Assembly: GCA_937894905.1 (NCBI GenBank)
Contig: CALAWD010000076.1
Span: 22,600 to 86,599, forward strand
Length of the DNA stretch: 64,000 nucleotides
Direction of reading: 5' to 3'
Origin: an uncultured Lachnospiraceae bacterium
GTDB taxonomy: Bacteria > Bacillota > Clostridia > Lachnospirales > Lachnospiraceae
The stretch's first letter is position 1. Each line of letters opens with the position of its first letter. The notes beneath the pieces are model-generated. The model ran no database searches, had not been told where the DNA came from, and saw nothing but the letters and a program-made list of their open reading frames with translations. Position numbers and translations under genes: made by a program. Below are positions 51,275 to 61,327 of the stretch, piece by piece.

Positions 51275-54200
51275 ATGTATTTAAAAAGTATTGAAGTAAA
51301 CGGCTTCAAATCATTTGCTAATAAAATCGTATTCAAATTCAATCATGGAATAACCTGTATCGTCGGGCCAAATGGTTCGGGAAAGAGTAACGTAGCGGAT
51401 GCTGTCCGCTGGGTACTGGGTGAACAGAGCGCAAAGAGTCTTCGAGGCTCTAAGATGGAGGATGTCATTTTCTCCGGTACACAGCTTCGTAAGCCACAGG
51501 GTTCTGCATATGTAGCGATCACGTTAGATAACAGTGATCATCATCTGCCGATTGATTATAATGAAGTAACGGTTGCCAGACGTGTGTATCGTTCGGGAGA
51601 AAGTGAATATCTGATCAATGGCACTGTCAGCCGTTTAAAGGATGTAAATTCACTGTTTTTTGATACCGGTATCGGTAAAGAGGGATATTCCATTATCGGA
51701 CAGGGTCAGATTGAGAAGATCTTAAACGGTAAACCGGAAGAACGACGGGAACTGTTCGATGAAGCTGCAGGAATCGTAAAATTTAAAAAGAACAAAGCGG
51801 CAGCCGAGAAGTCATTAGAAGCAGAGCGTGACAATCTAAGCCGTGTCAATGATATTTTATATGAGCTGGAAAAGCAGGTCGGTCCATTGCAAAAACAGTC
51901 TGAAACAGCGAGAAAATATCTGCTGTTTAAAGACGAACTGAAGAAACTGGATATCAATGCCTTTTTCCTTGAGATGGAGCATTTAAAAGAAATCCTTGAT
52001 AAAGATACAGAGAATCGGGAGATCTTAAATAATGATCTCACTCAGAATAAAGAAGAACTGGAACATACCAAGGAAGAATATGAGCGTATCGAGCAGGCGT
52101 TAGAGGAGATCAATCAGGCGATCGATGCATCAAAGAATCAGGTGCATGAGCTTCGGTTAAAGAACGAACGTCTGGAAGGTGAGATCAACGTTATCAACCA
52201 GCAGATCTTAAATTCCAGACAGAATGATAAAAATATACAGGAACAGATCGACAGGATCAACCGTCAGAGGGAAGCTGACCGGAAAGAGATGGAGAACTAT
52301 CAGGGACAAAAGGATGCCCTTGGAGATCAGGTTTCAGCTATTTCCGGTTCGCTGGATACCGCAAAAGGAGAAAGCAGCCGCTTAGATGCCTATATCCATG
52401 AATGTCAGGATAAGATCGAAGAATGTAAATCCGATATCATCGAATATATTCATGAGAGTGGAAATCTTCAGGCAAAGGTCGGAAGGTATGACGCGATGCT
52501 TGAGAACATCAACTTCCGCAAGACCCAGTTAAACCAGAGATATCTGCAATTTAAGAGTGATGATAATAACGACCGGAAAGAACATGACGAGTTACAGGCG
52601 AAGTTATCTGCTTTGGATCAGAATGTAGCCGGTATTATCAAAGAACTGGAAACTGCGGAAAAGGCTCTGGAAGAGAATCAGAGCAGAAATAAAGTCAATC
52701 GTGAGCGTATACATAATACAAATGAAGAGTTATCAGCAACCAGATCCAAGATGGAAGCACTTCGGAATATCACAGAACGCTACGATGGCTATGGCAACAG
52801 TATCCGCCGTGTTATGGAGCAGAAAAAGAACAATCCGGGCATTATCGGGGTTGTTGCAGATATTATCGATGTTGATAAGAAATACGAGGTTGCCGTCGAG
52901 ACAGCCCTCGGTGGAAGTATCCAGAATATTGTCACGGAGGATGACAGCACGGCAAAGAAGATCATTCAGTTCTTAAAACAGAACAAATATGGTCGTGCAA
53001 CTTTCCTTCCATTGAATACGATCACAGACCGTGGACAGGTTCGAAACGAAGTTCTGTCAGAACAGGGTGTGATCGGTATCGCATCTTCTCTGGTAAAGGC
53101 TGATGCAAAGTTTGACCGTCTTGTTAAGAACCTGCTTGGCAGGATCGTGGTTGTAGATAATATCGACCATGCACTTGCGGTTGCGAGAAAATACAATCAG
53201 TCTCTGAGACTGGTTACGATCGAAGGTGAACTGATCAATCCGGGCGGCTCAATGACAGGTGGTGCGTTCCGTAATTCCAGTAATCTTCTTGGACGAAAGA
53301 GAGAACTGGATGAGATCAAGGAAAAGATCGAGCAGTTGAACCAGATCGCAGCAGATGCAGCCAAATTGGACGAAGAGTTAAAGACATCAAGAGATGCTCT
53401 CCGTACTCAGATCGAGACGTTAAATACAAAACTTCAGCAGGCATATCTGGAAAAGAATACGTTGTCTCTGAATATAGAACAGGTAGCATCCAAGCTTGCT
53501 GAATCCGAGAAAGCATTTGCATCGATCCAGAAAGAGATCAATGAATTAAACAGTCAGATCGCTGAGATCAATACAAATAAAGATCAGCTTGCTGATAATA
53601 ATAAGAAGCATGAAGCTGCAAAGGTTCAGTGTGAAGAAATGATCAAGGAACTGGAAGCCAAGGTTATCGAGGCACAGAGTAAGCTTACAGCAGCAAATAC
53701 AAAGGTATCTGAATTACTGATCGAATATAACTCAGTAAAACAGAAGGATGACTTTATTCAGGAGAACATAAGACGTATCCGTCTGGATGATGAGAAATTA
53801 CAGGAAGAACTTGCGTCTTATTCAACACAGGTACAGGAGACAGGCACTGATATCGCGAAGTTGGAAGAACAGGCAGAGACGATCCGTAAGACGATCGAAG
53901 AAGATTCAGATGAAGCGGCTGATCAGGAAGAACAGCTTGCAGCATATCATAAAGAACGGGATGATATGACAGCCAGTCATAAAGAATTCTTTGCGATCAG
54001 GGAAGAATTGTCCGAGAAGATCGCAGGTCTGGAAAAGGCAGTATTCAAGCTTGATTCTGCGATCGAGAAGAATACAGAAAAGTCGGATGAGTTGTCAAAT
54101 TATATGTGGGCAGAATATGAACTGACCTTAAATATGGCGGCAGAGTTCCGGGATGAGGAATTAAATGACCTTTCATCCTTAAAGAAAGAGATCACCGCAG

Positions 54201-54832
54201 TAAAGACAAAGATCAAATCACTTGGTGATGTCAATGTCAATGCGATCGAGGACTATAAAGAAGTATCGGAACGATATGAGTTCTTAAAGGGACAGCATGA
54301 TGATATCGTCCTTGCAGAGAAGAATCTGTTAGATGTGATCGAGAAATTGAATGTATCCATGCAGGAACAGTTCAATACGAAGTTCAAAGAGATTCAGGTT
54401 ATGTTTGATAAGGTCTTTAAAGAGCTGTTCGGTGGTGGACGAGGTGCACTGGAGCTGGTCGATGACACCAATCTGTTAGAGACAGGTATCCGTATCATTG
54501 CACAGCCGCCGGGAAAGAAATTACAGAACATGATGCAGCTTTCCGGTGGTGAGAAGTCGCTGACTGCGATCGCACTGTTATTTGCGATCCAGAGTCTGAA
54601 ACCGTCACCATTTTGTCTGCTGGATGAGATCGAAGCAGCGCTGGATGATTCGAACGTAAGACGATTTGCACAGTATCTGAACCGACTGACAAAGGACACA
54701 CAGTTTATTGTCATTTCACATAGAAAGGGAACCATGGAAGCGGCCGATATCCTGTATGGTATCACGATGCAGGAAAAGGGTGTATCTACTCTGGTATCCG
54801 TAAATCTGATCGAGAACGATCTGGACAAATAA
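51275..54832 (+). CDS. smc: Chromosome segregation protein SMC
   Basis: GPNGSGKSN, hinge GRATFLPL, LSGGEKS, LLDEIEAALD. Confidence 0.98.
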   Translation: MYLKSIEVNGFKSFANKIVFKFNHGITCIVGPNGSGKSNVADAVRWVLGEQSAKSLRGSKMEDVIFSGTQLRKPQGSAYVAITLDNSDHHLPIDYNEVTVARRVYRSGESEYLINGTVSRLKDVNSLFFDTGIGKEGYSIIGQGQIEKILNGKPEERRELFDEAAGIVKFKKNKAAAEKSLEAERDNLSRVNDILYELEKQVGPLQKQSETARKYLLFKDELKKLDINAFFLEMEHLKEILDKDTENREILNNDLTQNKEELEHTKEEYERIEQALEEINQAIDASKNQVHELRLKNERLEGEINVINQQILNSRQNDKNIQEQIDRINRQREADRKEMENYQGQKDALGDQVSAISGSLDTAKGESSRLDAYIHECQDKIEECKSDIIEYIHESGNLQAKVGRYDAMLENINFRKTQLNQRYLQFKSDDNNDRKEHDELQAKLSALDQNVAGIIKELETAEKALEENQSRNKVNRERIHNTNEELSATRSKMEALRNITERYDGYGNSIRRVMEQKKNNPGIIGVVADIIDVDKKYEVAVETALGGSIQNIVTEDDSTAKKIIQFLKQNKYGRATFLPLNTITDRGQVRNEVLSEQGVIGIASSLVKADAKFDRLVKNLLGRIVVVDNIDHALAVARKYNQSLRLVTIEGELINPGGSMTGGAFRNSSNLLGRKRELDEIKEKIEQLNQIAADAAKLDEELKTSRDALRTQIETLNTKLQQAYLEKNTLSLNIEQVASKLAESEKAFASIQKEINELNSQIAEINTNKDQLADNNKKHEAAKVQCEEMIKELEAKVIEAQSKLTAANTKVSELLIEYNSVKQKDDFIQENIRRIRLDDEKLQEELASYSTQVQETGTDIAKLEEQAETIRKTIEEDSDEAADQEEQLAAYHKERDDMTASHKEFFAIREELSEKIAGLEKAVFKLDSAIEKNTEKSDELSNYMWAEYELTLNMAAEFRDEELNDLSSLKKEITAVKTKIKSLGDVNVNAIEDYKEVSERYEFLKGQHDDIVLAEKNLLDVIEKLNVSMQEQFNTKFKEIQVMFDKVFKELFGGGRGALELVDDTNLLETGIRIIAQPPGKKLQNMMQLSGGEKSLTAIALLFAIQSLKPSPFCLLDEIEAALDDSNVRRFAQYLNRLTKDTQFIVISHRKGTMEAADILYGITMQEKGVSTLVSVNLIENDLDK

Positions 54833-54845
54833 GGAGGTACAAGCT

Positions 54846-55820
54846 ATGGCTGAGGAAAAGAAGGGATTTTTCAAACGATTAAAAGAAGGACTCAGTAAGA
54901 CAAGAAATAATATTGTAGACAGTTTTTCTTCCGTATTCGGAGCATCGCATATTGATGATGATTTTTACGAAGAACTGGAAGAAACATTCATCATGGCTGA
55001 CATGGGATATGAGACGACGGAAAAGGTGATCGAGAACCTGAAAGGACGTGTCAAAGAGGCAAGAATCAAAGAACCTGCGGCGTGTAAGGAATTGATTATT
55101 AACATCATAAGAGATCAGATGATGGTAGATGAAAGTGCATATGATTTTGAAAAGAAGAAATCAGTGGTACTTGTGATCGGTGTAAATGGTGTTGGAAAGA
55201 CAACCACGATCGGCAAACTGGCAGCCCAGTATAAGAAAAGTGGCAAAAAGGTTCTGATTGCAGCTGCTGATACTTTCCGTGCAGCCGCGATCGACCAGTT
55301 AAAGACATGGGCAGACCGTGCAGGCGTAGAGATGATCTCTCATAATGAGGGCGCGGATTCTGCGGCAGTTGTATATGATGCGGTATCTGCTGCAAAGGCA
55401 AGAAATACCGATATTTTATTGATCGATACAGCAGGAAGACTTCATAATAAAAAGAACCTGATGGATGAACTGGCAAAGATGCGCCGTATCATTTCCAGAG
55501 ATTATCCGGATGCAAATGTGGAATCCCTGATCGTATTAGATGGTACGACAGGACAGAATGCATTAGAACAGGCAAGACAGTTCGGTAATGTGACAGAGAT
55601 CGATGGTATCGTGATCACGAAGTTAGATGGTACAGCCAAGGGTGGTATCGCAATTGCGATTCAGGCAGAGTTAAATGTTCCGGTTAAATTTATCGGAATC
55701 GGTGAGAAGATTGATGATTTACAGCGTTTTGATCCATCCGCGTATGTGGAAGCTCTGTTCTCGGGCTTTGATGAGGATAGAAGTGAGCTTGACATCCTGA
55801 TGGATGAAGCTGATCTATAG
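54846..55820 (+). CDS. ftsY: SRP receptor FtsY
   Basis: [32 protein letters not shown]. Confidence 0.97.
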   Translation: MAEEKKGFFKRLKEGLSKTRNNIVDSFSSVFGASHIDDDFYEELEETFIMADMGYETTEKVIENLKGRVKEARIKEPAACKELIINIIRDQMMVDESAYDFEKKKSVVLVIGVNGVGKTTTIGKLAAQYKKSGKKVLIAAADTFRAAAIDQLKTWADRAGVEMISHNEGADSAAVVYDAVSAAKARNTDILLIDTAGRLHNKKNLMDELAKMRRIISRDYPDANVESLIVLDGTTGQNALEQARQFGNVTEIDGIVITKLDGTAKGGIAIAIQAELNVPVKFIGIGEKIDDLQRFDPSAYVEALFSGFDEDRSELDILMDEADL

Positions 55821-55913
55821 AAATGGTGCAGTTTATTACAAACATTGTTTAGAAATGGAAAAATGAATATAATAACTGTTTGAATATGAAATACAGAAAA
55901 AAGGAGACTGACA

Positions 55914-57143
55914 ATGGCAGAAGAACTTACATTAGAGAAATTTGAAGAGGCCTATAACATCATTAAAAAGGTTGTATTACCAACTAAGCTGGTAGAGAGC
56001 GAATATTACAGCAACCTGACAGGAAATAAAGTATTTTTCAAACCGGAAAATATGCAGCTTACCGGAGCATACAAGATCCGTGGAGCTTATTATAAGATCA
56101 GTACACTGTCAGATGAAGAAAGACAGAAGGGTCTGATCACTGCATCAGCCGGAAATCATGCACAGGGTGTTGCATATGCAGCAAAGGCATATGGGGTAAA
56201 AGCAACGATCGTTATGCCATCGTCAACTCCTCTGATCAAGGTAAACCGTACCAAGTCATATGGAGCAGAGGTTATCTTATACGGAGATGTATATGATGAA
56301 TCCTGCGCATATGCATTAGAGCTTGCAGAAGATAAAGGATATACATTCATTCATCCATTTGATGATCTGGATGTTGCAACCGGACAGGGCTCTGTTGCAA
56401 TGGAAATCATCAAAGAGCTTCCATTTGTAGATTATATCCTCGTTCCGATCGGTGGCGGCGGACTGGCTACCGGTGTATCTACACTTGCGAAAATGATGAA
56501 TCCGAATATCAAGGTGATCGGTGTAGAACCTGCAGGCGCAAACTGTATGCAGGTTTCTTTAAAGAATAAAAAGGTTACAACACTTCCAATGGTAGATACG
56601 ATCGCAGATGGTACTGCTGTAAAGACACCGGGTTCCAAGATCTTTCCATACATCCAGAAGAATCTGGACGGTATCATCACAGTAGAAGACAACGAGCTGA
56701 TCGTCTGTTTCCTTGATATGCTGGAAAATCATAAGATGCTGGTTGAGAATTCCGGTCTGCTTACTGTTGCAGCTTTAAAGCATCTGAATGTGAAAGGACA
56801 AAAGGTTGTCAGTATTTTAAGTGGCGGTAATATGGATATGATCACATTTGCATCCTTAGTACAGCACGGACTGATCGCAAGAAGCCGTATCTTTACAGTT
56901 TCAACCCTGCTTCCGGATAAGCCGGGCGCATTGATGAATATTTCCAAGGTTATCGCAGATCTGCAGGGAAATATCATCAAACTGGAGCATAACCAGTTTG
57001 TATCGATCAACCGTAACTCAGCAGTTGAACTTGTGATCACAATGGAAGCATTCGGTCCGGAACATAAGCAGCTTATCATCAATACGCTTGCAGAACATGG
57101 TTACAGACCAAAGGAAAAAATGACAACAGGAATTTATAATTAA
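55914..57143 (+). CDS. ilvA: Threonine ammonia-lyase with C-terminal ACT domain
   Basis: TGAYKIRGA, SAGNHAQG, GGGGL, LSGGN, LPDKPG. Confidence 0.93.
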   Translation: MAEELTLEKFEEAYNIIKKVVLPTKLVESEYYSNLTGNKVFFKPENMQLTGAYKIRGAYYKISTLSDEERQKGLITASAGNHAQGVAYAAKAYGVKATIVMPSSTPLIKVNRTKSYGAEVILYGDVYDESCAYALELAEDKGYTFIHPFDDLDVATGQGSVAMEIIKELPFVDYILVPIGGGGLATGVSTLAKMMNPNIKVIGVEPAGANCMQVSLKNKKVTTLPMVDTIADGTAVKTPGSKIFPYIQKNLDGIITVEDNELIVCFLDMLENHKMLVENSGLLTVAALKHLNVKGQKVVSILSGGNMDMITFASLVQHGLIARSRIFTVSTLLPDKPGALMNISKVIADLQGNIIKLEHNQFVSINRNSAVELVITMEAFGPEHKQLIINTLAEHGYRPKEKMTTGIYN

Positions 57144-58633
57144 TGGTAATTGTAACTGTAAATGGAACAGAACAGATCAAATGTAATAAAGGAGATAATC
57201 TGTATCAGGTACTGACTGCGGCAGGTCATGTCTTTGCAGGAAACTGCGGCATGAAAGGACGCTGTAACCGGTGCCTGATATGGAATCAGGATACTGGCAG
57301 TTTTGTAAAAAGCTGCCAGTATATTGTAGATAAGGATATCTCGATACGGCTTGAAGAAGAACAGCTTACCGGTATTACAGGGCATAAGATGAATCCACCA
57401 ATCGAACAGATAATTGCTTCCTATAAGACAGAGAATGAAACCGGGAGAACCGAACAGACTGAAAGAAATGAAAAGGTCAGTAAAGCTGACGGAGAAGTAT
57501 CGGACAGGAAAAGAACTCCGGCATATGGCATTGCCATTGACATTGGTACGACTACGATCGGCATGGAGCTTGTGGATCTGAATGAAAAGAAAGTTAAATC
57601 TTCGTTCAGCACGTTTAATTCACAGATTGCAGTCGGTGCTGATGTAGTAGCAAGGATTCGGGCGGCAGGTACAAAGGAAGGCCTGAAACAGCTGCGGTCA
57701 CTTTTATTTACCGATATTCAAAAGGGTGTTGACCATATGCTTATAAATACACCGGAAGCTGTAGATCATATCCGCAGATATGTTCTGGCCGGAAATGCAA
57801 CGATGCTTTCTATCGCAGAAGGGCTTACGACAGAGAATCTGTTTGGCTATCCGTTTACACTTAAGAATCCGGATGTCCGGGTAATCGCGCAGGATGACTT
57901 TATTGCTTCTCCATCTTTTGAGAGTGCATCTTCGGATGTCATCTGTCTGCCGAACATTGCAGCATTTTCCGGTGCGGATATTGCAGCAGGTGCAGCAGCC
58001 GCAGAACTTGACCGGGATTCCTCGTATCGTATGCTGATCGATCTTGGAACAAATGGTGAGATCCTTCTCTGTAATAAGGAGCAGGGAGTGGCAGCTTCTG
58101 CAGCTTGTGGATCAGCATTTGAGGGATGCTTTCGTGCAGCAAATGTATTCGGTTCGAATATATTTGACATGCTGGCATTACTGTTAAAACGTGGACAGAT
58201 GAATGCGGATGGGGTGCTTGCAGAACCATACTTTGAATCCGGTATCTCGATGGGGAGCAATATGAAGATCGATATGGAGACAATCCGGGCATTTCAGCTT
58301 GGAAAATCAGCGATCCTTTCAGGTATACTTATGCTTGTGAAAGAGATCGGTATTGAACTTTCTGATATCAGTGAGGTCTGTATCGCAGGAGGTTTTGGAT
58401 TCCATCTGAATCTGTCAAATGCAGTTACACTAGGGCTTTTTCCACAGAGTTTTCAGGGAAAAATGAAGGTTCTTGGAAATACTTCACTTGAGGGCGCATA
58501 TTTGTCCTTGATTGAACCGGGTTTTATTGATACAATAAACAGGTTTAAAGAAAAGATCCGGTATGTGGATTTGAGTAATCGTTCTGATTTTAATACAGTA
58601 TATATCGAACATCTGCCATTTCGAACGTATTAG
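57143..58633 (+). CDS. ASKHA corrinoid reductive activator (RACo/DUF4445-like) with N-terminal 2Fe-2S domain
   Basis: CG.KGRC.RC...C ferredoxin; IDIGTTT, GADVVARI, DLGTNGE, AGGFG, GNTSL.GA. Confidence 0.85.
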   Translation: MVIVTVNGTEQIKCNKGDNLYQVLTAAGHVFAGNCGMKGRCNRCLIWNQDTGSFVKSCQYIVDKDISIRLEEEQLTGITGHKMNPPIEQIIASYKTENETGRTEQTERNEKVSKADGEVSDRKRTPAYGIAIDIGTTTIGMELVDLNEKKVKSSFSTFNSQIAVGADVVARIRAAGTKEGLKQLRSLLFTDIQKGVDHMLINTPEAVDHIRRYVLAGNATMLSIAEGLTTENLFGYPFTLKNPDVRVIAQDDFIASPSFESASSDVICLPNIAAFSGADIAAGAAAAELDRDSSYRMLIDLGTNGEILLCNKEQGVAASAACGSAFEGCFRAANVFGSNIFDMLALLLKRGQMNADGVLAEPYFESGISMGSNMKIDMETIRAFQLGKSAILSGILMLVKEIGIELSDISEVCIAGGFGFHLNLSNAVTLGLFPQSFQGKMKVLGNTSLEGAYLSLIEPGFIDTINRFKEKIRYVDLSNRSDFNTVYIEHLPFRTY

Positions 58634-58710
58634 ATTTGGTTATGTATAGAATAGTTGGAGAAGACTGGTTCTTATTTATACATTTTGGATGTGAGTTTGA
58701 GGCATAGAAT

Positions 58711-59514
58711 ATGGATTTACTGAGTATCGCCAGTGGTAGCAGTGGAAACTGCTATTATGTAGGCAGCGAAGAAACACATCTGCTTGTAGATGCAGGCGTG
58801 AGTGGTAAGAAAATTGAATCAGCGTTAAATGAGATCGACCGGAAGCCTTCGGATCTGAATGGAATCCTTGTGACACATGAGCATATCGATCATGTAAAAG
58901 GACTGGGCGTTATGGCGAGAAAGCATGGCGTACCGATCTATACAACAGGCGGAACGATCGCAGAGGTCAAGAAAATGTCATCCGTTGGAACGATCGATGA
59001 CAGTCTGTTCCATGAGATCAAACCGGATGAACCGTTTTTTATCAATGATCTGTCGATCGACGCATCTGCAATCTGGCATGATGCCGCTGATCCTGTCTGT
59101 TACAGTATCAGTGATGGAAAAAGTAAATTTTCTATTGCAACAGATATGGGGAATTTTGATGACTATGTTGTAAATAAATTAAAAAATTCCGATATCATGG
59201 TGATCGAGGCTAATCATGATGTGCGGATGCTTCAGGCAGGACCATATCCGTATTATCTGAAGCAGCGAATTCTTGGAAATCGTGGACATTTGTCCAATGA
59301 ACGTTCCGGACAGTTGATAAAGGCATTGTTAAACAGTCATGTCAAAGCAATTCTGCTGGGACACCTGAGTAAGGAAAATAATTTTGAAGAACTGGCATAT
59401 GAGACGGTAAAGCTTGAGCTTTCAGATAATGAATATGCAACGGATGTCCGGGAATTTGGGCTTGAGGTAGCAAGACGTGACCGTCCGGGAACTTTACTCA
59501 CAGTCGGAAATTAG
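58711..59514 (+). CDS. MBL-fold metallo-hydrolase (YycJ/WalJ-like)
   Basis: SGSSGN, THEHIDH, EANHD, GHLSN, HLSKENN. Confidence 0.9.
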   Translation: MDLLSIASGSSGNCYYVGSEETHLLVDAGVSGKKIESALNEIDRKPSDLNGILVTHEHIDHVKGLGVMARKHGVPIYTTGGTIAEVKKMSSVGTIDDSLFHEIKPDEPFFINDLSIDASAIWHDAADPVCYSISDGKSKFSIATDMGNFDDYVVNKLKNSDIMVIEANHDVRMLQAGPYPYYLKQRILGNRGHLSNERSGQLIKALLNSHVKAILLGHLSKENNFEELAYETVKLELSDNEYATDVREFGLEVARRDRPGTLLTVGN

Positions 59515-59630
59515 TGATGATAAACTATTCATCAGTTGTAAAAATACTATTTGAAGAAGATTCTTTTGCATATCAAAAGAATTTATTATAAAACCAAATA
59601 AATGGTGATATATAGGAGGATACATACATC

Positions 59631-59903
59631 ATGAAAAAAAGAATTATTACAGTAGTTGGTAAAGACAGCATTGGAATCACAGCAAAGGTCTGTGTATACC
59701 TTGCAGAGAACAGTGTCAATATTCTTGATATTGCACAGACAATTGTAGGCGGGTACTTCAATATGATGATGGTCGTTGATATACAGGAATCTTCAAAATC
59801 AACAGAAATTATCGCAAATGAACTGAAAGAGATTGGCGATGAGATTGGTGTACAGATCAAAGTACAGCATGAGAAGATCTTCGAAACCATGCACAGAATC
59901 TAA
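59631..59903 (+). CDS. Stand-alone ACT domain protein (UPF0237)
   Basis: IITVVGKD..GI.A.V...LA...NI.DI.Q; IF..MHRI C-terminus. Confidence 0.9.
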   Translation: MKKRIITVVGKDSIGITAKVCVYLAENSVNILDIAQTIVGGYFNMMMVVDIQESSKSTEIIANELKEIGDEIGVQIKVQHEKIFETMHRI

Positions 59904-59942
59904 AACTTAAAAGAATAGAAAAAGGCGAAAAGAGGTCACACT

Positions 59943-61307
59943 ATGATTAGTATAAATGAAGTAATTGAAACCAATGCCATGATCAGCAAGATGAATCTGG
60001 ATGTCAGAACGATCACAATGGGTATCAGCCTGTTAGACTGCGTTGGTGCAGATGTAGGAGAAACCTGTGAGAAGATCTATACCAAGATCACAACAAAGGC
60101 AAAGGATCTTGTATTTATCGGAAATGATATCGGAAGAAAATATGGTATTCCGATCGTAAATAAAAGAATCTCGATTACACCGATCGCATTGGTTGGAAGC
60201 TCAGTATGTAAGTCAACAGATGATTATGTAACGATTGCAAAGACATTGGACAAGGCTGCCGATGCAGTAGGAGTTAACTTTATCGGAGGTTATTCTGCTC
60301 TTGTATGTAAGGGCATGACTCCGGCAGATGAGCTGCTGATCCGTTCTATCCCGAAAGCACTTGCATGTACCGGTAAGGTGTGCAGCTCTGTAAATGTTGG
60401 TTCTACAAAGACCGGCATTGATATGGATGCTGTAAAACTGATCGGTGAAATGGTAAAAGAGACAGCAGAGCTTACAAAAGATGAAGATTCTCTCGGATGC
60501 TGTAAGTTCGTAGTATTCTGTAATGCACCGGATGATAACCCATTTATGGCTGGTGCGTTCCACGGTGTAACCGAGGGAGATTGTGTTATCAATGTCGGTG
60601 TCAGCGGCCCTGGTGTTGTTAAGAGCGCATTGGAAGAAGTGCGTGGTGAGAACTTTGAGGTTCTCTGTGAGACGATCAAGAAGACAGCATTTAAGGTTAC
60701 AAGAGTTGGACAGCTTGTTGCAAAGGAAGCATCCGAACGTCTCGGTGTTCCATTTGGTATCGTAGATCTGTCACTTGCACCTACACCGGCGATCGGAGAC
60801 AGTGTTGGTGAGATCCTTGAGGAGATCGGTCTGGAATATGCCGGTGCTCCCGGAACAACAGCAGCACTTGCCTTATTAAATGATCAGGTAAAGAAGGGCG
60901 GCGTTATGGCTTCCTCTTATGTTGGTGGTTTAAGTGGAGCATTTATCCCTGTCAGCGAAGATCAGCGTATGATCGATGCTGTATCAGCAGGAGCACTTTC
61001 CCTTGAGAAATTAGAGGCAATGACCTGTGTATGTTCTGTTGGACTTGATATGATCGCAATTCCTGGTGATACATCAGCAGCTACCATTTCCGGTATCATT
61101 GCAGATGAGATGGCACTCGGTATGATCAACCAGAAGACAACTGCTGTACGTCTGATCCCTGTTATCGGTAAGGGCGTTGGTGATCAGGCTGAATTTGGTG
61201 GACTGCTTGGTTATGCACCAATTATGCCGGTCAACCGGTTTTCATGTGAAAAATTTATTAACCGTGGAGGCAGAATCCCTGCACCTATCCACAGTTTTAA
61301 GAACTAA
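59943..61307 (+). CDS. PFL-family/DUF711 (UPF0210) protein
   Basis: [49 protein letters not shown]. Confidence 0.9.
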   Translation: MISINEVIETNAMISKMNLDVRTITMGISLLDCVGADVGETCEKIYTKITTKAKDLVFIGNDIGRKYGIPIVNKRISITPIALVGSSVCKSTDDYVTIAKTLDKAADAVGVNFIGGYSALVCKGMTPADELLIRSIPKALACTGKVCSSVNVGSTKTGIDMDAVKLIGEMVKETAELTKDEDSLGCCKFVVFCNAPDDNPFMAGAFHGVTEGDCVINVGVSGPGVVKSALEEVRGENFEVLCETIKKTAFKVTRVGQLVAKEASERLGVPFGIVDLSLAPTPAIGDSVGEILEEIGLEYAGAPGTTAALALLNDQVKKGGVMASSYVGGLSGAFIPVSEDQRMIDAVSAGALSLEKLEAMTCVCSVGLDMIAIPGDTSAATISGIIADEMALGMINQKTTAVRLIPVIGKGVGDQAEFGGLLGYAPIMPVNRFSCEKFINRGGRIPAPIHSFKN

Positions 61308-61327
61308 TATAAATAACGGAGAATAAA

